NCBI GenBank assembly: GCA_965214405.1
Contig: OZ243956.1
Coordinates: forward strand, 3,488,001 to 3,552,000
From: Trueperaceae bacterium
GTDB lineage: Bacteria > Deinococcota > Deinococci > Deinococcales > Trueperaceae
Length of the DNA: 64,000 bases
Reading direction: 5' to 3'
The notes below the pieces were generated by a model, which searched no databases, was not told the origin of the DNA, and saw only the letters and a list, made by a program, of their open reading frames with translations. The position numbers and the translations under genes were made by a program. Below are positions 10,185 through 17,001 of this stretch, one piece after another; position 1 is the stretch's first letter, and the number at the start of each line of letters is the position of its first letter.

Positions 10185-10203
10185 TACCTTAATTAATAAG
10201 GTA
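10185..10203. promoter_or_regulatory. candidate LexA operator
   Basis: Perfect inverted repeat TACCTTA-N5-TAAGGTA at the predicted transcription start. Confidence 0.6.
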
Positions 10204-10284
10204 GCCAGGCCGAAAGAGCACCAGAAGCATAAAGAGTAAGCCGCAAGAAAAAGGTAAGAGAACGAGAAAAGGAGACGAGGACGG

Positions 10285-10908
10285 ATGACCAAACTTTCAC
10301 CGATGCAGCGCAAGGTATTTGACAGGCTCTGCGCCCACAAGGAGCGGACGGGGAGCCTGCCGGAGCTTTCTGCGTTAGCGAGGGAGTTGGGCATCCACTA
10401 CATGTCGCTGCGCCAGCACTTGCAGGCGCTCGACGCGAAGGGGCAACTCGTGTTCCAGAGCCGCGGGCGGGGCCAGTCGCCGCACCTAGAGCTTCCTTTA
10501 AGGGCGACCGGCGTGCCCGTCGTCGGCAGCATCCCCGCGGGCTCGCTGCAAGAAGCGTTACAGGAGCCCGAGGGTTACTTGCCCCTCAAGGGTGGCGAGT
10601 CGTTCTTCGCGCTAAGGGTGAGCGGCGACTCGATGGCCGACCTTATCCAAGACGGCGACGTGGTGCTCTTCAAGAAAGGCGCGCCGGTCCGCTCGGGCGA
10701 AATCTGCGCGGTGCGCGTGGGCGCAAGCGAGGCGACCTTAAAGTACCTCGACTGGCTCGACCGCAAAACCGTGGCGCTGCGCCCGCACAACCCGCTCTAC
10801 CCGACCCTGTCGGTGAGCGCGGACGAGGCGCAGATCGAAGGCGTGTATCAGGGCCTGGTACGCGGCAGACTCGTTGGCGCATTCTACGAGGAGGAGACTT
10901 TACTATAG
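10285..10908 (+). CDS. lexA: LexA-family repressor (wHTH + S24 peptidase)
   Basis: N-terminal wHTH, VVGSIPAG cleavage site, GDSM catalytic Ser, ATLKY catalytic Lys. Confidence 0.85.
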   Translation: MTKLSPMQRKVFDRLCAHKERTGSLPELSALARELGIHYMSLRQHLQALDAKGQLVFQSRGRGQSPHLELPLRATGVPVVGSIPAGSLQEALQEPEGYLPLKGGESFFALRVSGDSMADLIQDGDVVLFKKGAPVRSGEICAVRVGASEATLKYLDWLDRKTVALRPHNPLYPTLSVSADEAQIEGVYQGLVRGRLVGAFYEEETLL

Positions 10909-11057
10909 GGAACTTAAGAAACGAGACTTGAACAAAGATGACGAGCCCAGCCTATTCAAACGCACCGAGCCCGCGCCATCCGCCAAGATACACGCGAGCC
11001 CTGCGTTGCTAGTAGAGCCTCCCAGCCTTCTCGAAAAGAATAAGAAGAGGAAACCTT

Positions 11058-11408
11058 ATGAACTATCCTGCCTGTGTTTTTAGAGATTTGTCAAGTGCGT
11101 GGCACCTAGACGCGGCGAGTGAAAACGTTGACATCTTGGCCGCCGAGCTCGCCGCGCAAATCGCTCACACCACAAAGCCGCTCCTGCTCGGCCTTATCAA
11201 GCCTGAGGCTGTCGCTAAATTTTACGGTTTGGTCTTTTTGCTCGATTCGTACGGCTTGCTCTTACGCAAGCGCCACCGCGAGGGGAGCGACGGGGTTTAC
11301 GTTTACTTAGAGCGCCGCCCCGAGAGCGCTGTATCGGAGTTTGTGGGCGCGGTGGTGCTCGAGAAGTCCCTCACCCCCGTTCTGCCGGAGCTCGCCAACG
11401 CGGCGTAA
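11058..11408 (+). CDS. hypothetical protein in the lexA operon
   Basis: GAGG RBS, 116 aa, 10 nt from the next gene. No recognised family. Confidence 0.65.
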   Translation: MNYPACVFRDLSSAWHLDAASENVDILAAELAAQIAHTTKPLLLGLIKPEAVAKFYGLVFLLDSYGLLLRKRHREGSDGVYVYLERRPESAVSEFVGAVVLEKSLTPVLPELANAA

Positions 11409-11418
11409 GGGAGCAGCG

Positions 11419-12243
11419 ATGACGACAGGTATTGCAGACACCATCAACTGGCCGGAACTGCTCGAAGAACTCAGCAAGCCCTTTCCGGCCTCAGCGGTCT
11501 ACTGGCGCGCTGGCAGCACCACCCGCGACAAAAAACGCGCTCAGGCCCTGCCCTACGCCGAGCCGCGCGTGTACGAAGACCGCCTCAACGCGGTTTGTCC
11601 GGGACTCTGGAGCGTCACCTTTAAGCCGTGGGGTGAACGCCTCATCTGCGAACTCACCGTTGGCGGTTTGACGCGCTCGTCGACGGGCGAAGAGAACGAC
11701 GGCTTTGCGCCGGGCACGGCGACCGAGGCGCAGGCGTTCAAGCGGGCGTGTAGCAAGTTCGGCTTGGGCCGTTACCTTTACGACGTGCCCATTTCATGGG
11801 TCGAGTACGACGACCAGAAAAAGCGGCTTGTGGAAGTGCCCGAACTCCCGGCGCGTTTTTTGCCCGTGCCTGAGACCTCCGCAACGGCAGGGGCTGCCCG
11901 TAACGCGCCTGATGTGAAGACGAAAGAGGCTCGAGCCTCTACCCGTAAACAAGACGCAACGGCAGAGCTTGCCCGTAACGCTGTGGGTATGAAGAGCGCT
12001 GACGCGAGCGGGGCGGACGTATCCATAGCGCAACCGACGCTCTCCAAAACGAGAGCCGCCGCGATGTACCGCGAGTTGGAAAAGTTGGGCCTCTTGCGCG
12101 AAGACCAGCACAAACTCGCCAGCACCATCCTCAAACACGATGTGCCGCACTTTTCCTCACTCACCGAGGCGGAAGCGCTTTCGGTCTGGCAAGTTGCCAA
12201 GCGTGACTACGCGAAGCGGCAGCCTCTGGCGGCGGCGGCGTGA
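11419..12243 (+). CDS. Rad52/Rad22-family single-strand annealing protein (DdrA-like)
   Basis: LSKPFP..WRAG, YAEPRVYEDRLN, AQAFKRACSKFGLGRYLY. Start set at ATG 11419 after AAGGGAG. Confidence 0.8.
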   Translation: MTTGIADTINWPELLEELSKPFPASAVYWRAGSTTRDKKRAQALPYAEPRVYEDRLNAVCPGLWSVTFKPWGERLICELTVGGLTRSSTGEENDGFAPGTATEAQAFKRACSKFGLGRYLYDVPISWVEYDDQKKRLVEVPELPARFLPVPETSATAGAARNAPDVKTKEARASTRKQDATAELARNAVGMKSADASGADVSIAQPTLSKTRAAAMYRELEKLGLLREDQHKLASTILKHDVPHFSSLTEAEALSVWQVAKRDYAKRQPLAAAA

Positions 12244-12410
12244 CGGGGCACGCGCCCGCCGCTGACCAAGGGGGCGCGCCCGGACGCCGCTACCGCTGTC
12301 CCAAATGCAAGCGTGAGGTGACGGTCTGCGTGAGCGCCACCGTCGCCTGTAGCCGCTGCGAAAGGGCGATGAAGCGGCTCCCGCAGTCCGAAAGCGTTGT
12401 GGATTCGTAG
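12240..12410 (+). CDS. 56-aa zinc-ribbon microprotein (not in the ORF track)
   Basis: GTGA overlap with the annealase stop. Hand translation MTGHAPAADQGGAPGRRYRCPKCKREVTVCVSATVACSRCERAMKRLPQSESVVDS. Confidence 0.65.
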   Translation: MTGHAPAADQGGAPGRRYRCPKCKREVTVCVSATVACSRCERAMKRLPQSESVVDS

Positions 12411-12606
12411 ATTCGAGCGCCCTCACCTGGTTTTCAAAAGTCTCTGAACTTGCTTCCGCCGTTGTTGCTTAGAAGGCTGTTTGGTTCACCTTTCAGACCA
12501 CGGCGGACCAGGATTTACAAGCCACCACAGAACAGGGTTTTTGGCCCTCTTGTCTGGTCGCTGTGAATCCTCAAACCTTTTTTACTTTGAGCCTCGAGGA
12601 GGCGAC

Positions 12607-12822
12607 ATGTTCGACTTAATGCTGTGCGACTGCCCTCACTGCGGCGGCGAGGGCTACGTGCTCGCGGGCGCGGGCACGCCCTCCGAAACCCTCGCTTGCT
12701 GTTCTCACTGCGACGGCAGCGGTGAGACGGAACTCTGCGCCTACTGCCGCCAACCCATCGACATCTGGGAAGGCCGCGAAGTCTGCGGCTGCTCGGCGCT
12801 CGCGTTGCCGCAAGCGGCCTAA
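12607..12822 (+). CDS. 71-aa Cys-rich zinc-finger microprotein (DnaJ-type CxxCxGxG repeats)
   Basis: GAGGAGG RBS. CPHCGGEG, CSHCDGSG, CAYC and CGC motifs. Confidence 0.75.
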   Translation: MFDLMLCDCPHCGGEGYVLAGAGTPSETLACCSHCDGSGETELCAYCRQPIDIWEGREVCGCSALALPQAA

Positions 12823-12847
12823 ATTCACCTGAATCTCACCTGAATCT

Positions 12848-13594
12848 TTACGCCTTCCGCAGGAGTCCTTCAGCGTTGACGCCCGTTAGGTAAGCCAAAA
12901 AAGAGGGCAGGATGGGCAGCACGCAGGGCGATAAAAAGGAGAGCCCGCCCGCCACAAAGGCGAGAGCCAGGGTGGGCGGGCTCCCGGCGAGGACGCTCTC
13001 GAGGCTTCCCAAGCTCGCCAGATAGGGCGACAGGGTGGCCACTGAGTCCGTGAGGAGGAGCGTGCCCACGATGACGAGCAACGCGCCGCCGACCTTCTCG
13101 AGCACCCCCGCATAACGCCCGAGTTTGCGAAACAGGGTAAGAAACTGCGCGGCCACGAGAAAAGGCGCCGCGAAGCCCAGCGAATAAACCCCCAGCAGCA
13201 GCCCGCCCTGCCACGCCGAGCCGCTCGAGCCCGCCAGCGCCAGGATGCCCGTCAGAACGGGACCGATGCAGGGCGTCCAGCCCGCCCCGAACGCCACGCC
13301 GACCAGCGCCGAGCCCGCGTAACCCGCGGGTTTGTGAGAAAGGCGCGCGCGCAAATCGCGCTGCAAAAAGGGCAGCGGCACGAGGCGCAGCGTGACCGCG
13401 CCCATAAGGATTAAAAGAGCGCCCGCCGCGATCCGCAGCGCGTCGCCGTAGTCGAAGAGCACGTCGCTGATGAGGCCTGCCGAAAAGCCCAAGGCGACGA
13501 ACACGAAGCTCAAACCCAAAAGAAACGCAAGGCTGTGGAGGGTCACGCGCAACCGCACGGGCAAAGCCTCTCCCGCAGCCCCAACACCGCTCAC
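12848..13594 (-). CDS. ccdA: CcdA/DsbD-family membrane electron transporter, circularly permuted
   Basis: GWTPCIGP is internal and SFLSPCVLP is at the C-terminus. GTGA overlap with tlpA. Confidence 0.85.
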   Translation of the reverse strand: MSGVGAAGEALPVRLRVTLHSLAFLLGLSFVFVALGFSAGLISDVLFDYGDALRIAAGALLILMGAVTLRLVPLPFLQRDLRARLSHKPAGYAGSALVGVAFGAGWTPCIGPVLTGILALAGSSGSAWQGGLLLGVYSLGFAAPFLVAAQFLTLFRKLGRYAGVLEKVGGALLVIVGTLLLTDSVATLSPYLASLGSLESVLAGSPPTLALAFVAGGLSFLSPCVLPILPSFLAYLTGVNAEGLLRKA

Positions 13595-14196
13595 GGTTCC
13601 CAGGTGACGCCGATGGTGGCCAAGCTTTCCGCGGCCGCGGCGGGGGTCAGCCCGCCAACCTTGACCGCGCGTATAACGCCGTCGGCGTCTATAAAAAACG
13701 TCGTCGGCATCCCGCGCACCCGGTAGCGTTTGACCACCTCGGAGGTCGTATCGAGCGGTTCACCCTGCGCCCGGAACGCCTCGCGCGCTTCCCTGGTGGC
13801 GTCAAAGCCGGAGGGGAGGGAGACGCCTAGCTGGTTCAGGAAGCCTGCCGCCGCTTCTGGGTCTTCGTTGTTGTTGACGAGCAGAACGGTGAGGTTGGGC
13901 GCTCCTTCGGCCCTGTTGTCACTGTTGACCTCACCCTCGAGCCTCTCAAAAAGCGGCAGCTCCTCGACGCAGGGCGGGCACCAGGAGGCCCAGAAGTTGA
14001 GGACGACGGGCGCGCCTGCAAAGCTCGAGAGCGACACCCGCTCGCCCGCGGCGTCTATGAGCGAAAAGTCCGGCGCTACGTCGCCCACGCGCTGCGCGAA
14101 AGCGGTGCTGAGAAGAGAGACAAAAAGGATGATAAGCATCAAACGGCCTACGGTTTGTTCGAAAAACGCTTGCTCGTTAACCCGCTCGAACGTCAT
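13591..14196 (-). CDS. TlpA/ResA-type thiol:disulfide oxidoreductase
   Basis: LNFWASWCPPC and GMPTTFFID. TATGAT lies 6 nt before ATG 14196; ATG 14139 is an alternative start. Confidence 0.88.
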   Translation of the reverse strand: MTFERVNEQAFFEQTVGRLMLIILFVSLLSTAFAQRVGDVAPDFSLIDAAGERVSLSSFAGAPVVLNFWASWCPPCVEELPLFERLEGEVNSDNRAEGAPNLTVLLVNNNEDPEAAAGFLNQLGVSLPSGFDATREAREAFRAQGEPLDTTSEVVKRYRVRGMPTTFFIDADGVIRAVKVGGLTPAAAAESLATIGVTWEP

Positions 14197-14265
14197 GTCC
14201 TGATCATAGAGCCCACCGCCACGCGCCGCCGTACTGAGCTTGACATGGTCCTGAACGTGACGGGA

Positions 14266-15129
14266 TTAGGAAACGCGGCCTCGGAGCTGCTCGAGCACGT
14301 CTCCCGAAAGCTCGAGCCCCAAGTCCTCCGCCTCGCTTGCGTCGCCGCCTATCTCGGCCTGGATGACGAGGCCGCTCTCGGTATCGACCACCGCGCCAAA
14401 AAGGTTGAGCTCGCCCTCTTCGCTCACCGAGGCCAGCGCGCCGACCTCTAAGCGCGGCTCATTAAGGGGTCGCGCAAAAGCGCGCTCCGCCGCCGCGCGG
14501 TCAAATGACGGGCGGTGTTGGAGCGTATAGGAGAGGTCGGCGGCCAAAAAGTCGTCCTCGCGCACGACCAAGCCGAGCGAGCCCTGACCCGGCGCGGGTG
14601 TAAACACGCTCGGCTCTAAAAGCGTGTCTAAAAGTCCGCGGCGCTCGAGCCGAATTAGACTCGAGCCCGGCACCAGGAGCGCGTGCAGGTCGCCCGCGGC
14701 GAGACCGGCCAAGTCGTCGTCGAGATTTGACAGCATTTGCGTTTTGACGTCCGGGCGGCGCGCGCGCAAAAACGCGCCGTCGCGCACCGTGGCGACGCCC
14801 ACCACAGCGCCCTCGTCAAGCGCCTCTAAAGTCTTTTTGCCCCTCGCTAGGAGTGCGGCGCGGGGCTCGAGCCTTTTGGTCACGGCGGCCAAGGAGAGGC
14901 TTTCCGGGAGGGTGGGCGGCAGGGCCTCGAGGCTCAGCAGCGCGATGTTCACCCTTTCTTTGGCGAGCGCGTCCAGCAGCGCGTCCGCATCCTCGCCCCG
15001 CTCATCTCCCCGGAGGGTCCGCTGCACAACCTGAACGTCCGGCCACTCCGCATTGAGTTCAGAGAGCACGGTCCTGGCCGCCGACAGCGCCAAGGCGCTA
15101 CCGCGGTTTCCCAACACGATTCTCGACAT
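14266..15129 (-). CDS. porphobilinogen deaminase homolog lacking catalytic and cofactor residues
   Basis: HemC landmarks GNRGSALAL, PAPGQGSLG and AERAF are present, but the protein has no Cys and HSxKD, GTSSxRR and RGNxxTR are degenerate. Confidence 0.75.
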   Translation of the reverse strand: MSRIVLGNRGSALALSAARTVLSELNAEWPDVQVVQRTLRGDERGEDADALLDALAKERVNIALLSLEALPPTLPESLSLAAVTKRLEPRAALLARGKKTLEALDEGAVVGVATVRDGAFLRARRPDVKTQMLSNLDDDLAGLAAGDLHALLVPGSSLIRLERRGLLDTLLEPSVFTPAPGQGSLGLVVREDDFLAADLSYTLQHRPSFDRAAAERAFARPLNEPRLEVGALASVSEEGELNLFGAVVDTESGLVIQAEIGGDASEAEDLGLELSGDVLEQLRGRVS

Positions 15130-15234
15130 CCTTTATTTTTAACATACCCGTGCGAGAAACACAGGCCTTTTTGCTGATCTACCAGGCTTCTGCCATGAGC
15201 AACATAAAGAAAGCCGTCAAACGCGTTTAGTAAA

Positions 15235-15286
15235 AAGGACCGAGTACCGAGACCACGCTAAACTCGGTCCTGGGTGCTCGGTCCTT
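15235..15286 (-). terminator. long stem-loop, probable terminator after the holin-family gene
   Basis: AAGGACCGAGTACC/GGTGCTCGGTCCTT inverted repeat with a T-run on the minus strand. Confidence 0.55.
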
Positions 15287-15445
15287 CTCTCCGAACGCGC
15301 CCAAAAAGCCTTGATAAAAGCCTGGCTGATCTACCGTCGCACCCCCGCTCAACACGCACGTGTGCTTAGGATAAACCGTTCAAACAAACGTTCAGACAAG
15401 CGTTCAGCCAGACATTGCCGCCGAGTACCGCCAAAAAGTCAGCTT

Positions 15446-15793
15446 CTAGCGGTCGTTTCGCGCCACCAGCGTGTTAAGAAGCGTACTTATGACCGTCAGG
15501 ATGAGCGCGCCCACCACCGCGCCCCAAAAACCCGTTACCGCCAGGGGCGTGAGCGCCGCGACGATGGCGATAGAAAGCGCGTTGACGACGAGCAAAAACA
15601 GCCCCAGCGTGAGGATGGTGAGGGGCAGCGTCAGAAAAATCATCACGGGCCTGACAATCGCGTTGACGAGACCCAGCACGAGCGCGCTGAGGAGCACGGG
15701 GCCGAGACCCGGCGCGGAAAAGTAAAGCCCTACGTTGAGTTGCGTCGTAATCCAGAGCGCGAGCGCGTAGAGAAGCCAGCGGATGACAATCAT
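15446..15793 (-). CDS. phage-holin-family (YvlD/DUF360) membrane protein
   Basis: LVNAIVRP..LTLPLTILTLGLFLLVVNA. TATAAT lies 6 nt before the ATG. Confidence 0.88.
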   Translation of the reverse strand: MIVIRWLLYALALWITTQLNVGLYFSAPGLGPVLLSALVLGLVNAIVRPVMIFLTLPLTILTLGLFLLVVNALSIAIVAALTPLAVTGFWGAVVGALILTVISTLLNTLVARNDR

Positions 15794-15876
15794 GCGAGGA
15801 TTATAGCGAATTTTATGGGCGCTGAGCCTATTGGTGCATCATCTCTCAGCCTATTAAACGTAGATAACGAACTTCT

Positions 15877-15940
15877 TTCAAACCAGACGCCATTCAAACC
15901 AGATGCCATTCAAACCAGATGCCATTCAAACCAAATGCCA
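15877..15940. repeat. 4 x 16-bp tandem repeat (TTCAAACCAGATGCCA)
   Basis: Units start at 15877, 15893, 15909 and 15925. Two carry one substitution. Confidence 0.95.
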
Positions 15941-15944
15941 AGGG

Positions 15945-16847
15945 CTACGGCGTTTGGCTGAACACTTTGTATCGGTCTTCGGTCGTGAACCCCAGCGTTT
16001 CTAAGATGCGGATGAGCTTGGGGTCACCCTCGGATACGGTGGTCTCGAGAAACCCCAGCGGGCTCTGCGCGGCGAGTTCGTGCATACTCGACAAAATGAG
16101 ACGCCGCAGCATCTGCGTTGAGCCGCGGAGCGCCTCCAAAACTCCCGCCGCGGTGAGGGTGTAACGTCCCTCCAGACCAGGTTCGATAAGTCCCTCGTCC
16201 AGCAGCCCGTAAAACGCGTAGCCCACCGGCGGCTGGTCGAGCGTCTCGCGGGCGACGAACCAGAGGTCGGGGCGAAAGAGGCCGCGCCGCCTTTTGAGGT
16301 AGGCCCAGCGCTCATCGGAGGGCTCGAGCCCTTCGGCGAGGCGAAACACTTCTGTAAACCCCGCGTCGTTCTCCTCCGTCCAGGCCTCTAAAAGAAGGGG
16401 CACGCCCAAGGGCGGGAGTTCGGAGAGGGAAAAGCGCATGTCTCTTACCGCCTCCAAACGAAAGCCGAGAGAGGTGAAGACGGGCTCGAGCCGCGCCACC
16501 GTCCCGTCCAACAACCCGTGGAGCGGGTAGTGCGCCGCCTCGTGAGGATGTGCGCGCAAGAGGTCGCGCAGCAGCGTTTCTAGCTCAGCGGGGTCGTCTG
16601 CAAACCAGACGTTGCTCAAGTAGAGGTTCTGGTCGTCCTCGCCTTGTTCGGGCGCGCGCGCGTGCGCCCCCGCCTTGGGCGACGCGTCCATCAGCACAAA
16701 GCTTCTGGCCGCCTCCGCGTCGGCGTCGCGCAGGGCGCGCACCGCCCAGTGGGCAAAGCCGCGCGGGTCGCTGTGACCGATAAATGTGTAGTGCTGCGCC
16801 AAAAACCACTGAAGTTCGCTCGAGGAAACGGCCCTGATCACCTTCAC
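15945..16847 (-). CDS. hypothetical protein, possible degenerate tandem GNAT fold
   Basis: Two halves each ending in LGF, with PPVGYA and AGVLEALRG motifs. Confidence 0.6.
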   Translation of the reverse strand: MKVIRAVSSSELQWFLAQHYTFIGHSDPRGFAHWAVRALRDADAEAARSFVLMDASPKAGAHARAPEQGEDDQNLYLSNVWFADDPAELETLLRDLLRAHPHEAAHYPLHGLLDGTVARLEPVFTSLGFRLEAVRDMRFSLSELPPLGVPLLLEAWTEENDAGFTEVFRLAEGLEPSDERWAYLKRRRGLFRPDLWFVARETLDQPPVGYAFYGLLDEGLIEPGLEGRYTLTAAGVLEALRGSTQMLRRLILSSMHELAAQSPLGFLETTVSEGDPKLIRILETLGFTTEDRYKVFSQTP

Positions 16848-16963
16848 AAAGGACTACTTTACCCGATATCGCAACCTGGTGTGCCGACACGCCGCATTTA
16901 GCAGGCTTTCGTCATCAAGTCTCCTTGGGAGCGTTTAGAGAGATGAGCGCCGATTGAGATGAT

Positions 16964-16989
16964 GGGCGTGGCTTTATAAAGCCACGCCC
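16964..16989. terminator. perfect hairpin after the serine hydrolase gene
   Basis: GGGCGTGGCTTT-AT-AAAGCCACGCCC. Confidence 0.6.
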
Positions 16990-17001
16990 CGTTTAGTCGC
17001 G

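Noticed and set aside
10874..11083. 69-aa ORF between lexA and the next gene
   Set aside because: It overlaps both neighbours and has no RBS or motif.
12481..12606. 113-aa version of the Zn-finger ORF
   Set aside because: The upstream TTG lacks an RBS. GAGGAGG supports ATG 12607.
15446..15793. Holin-family gene as prophage evidence
   Set aside because: The YvlD/DUF360 family is commonly chromosomal, and there are no lysin, structural or integrase genes nearby.
15877..15940. Tandem array as a CRISPR
   Set aside because: Units are contiguous 16-mers with no spacers, and no cas genes are present.
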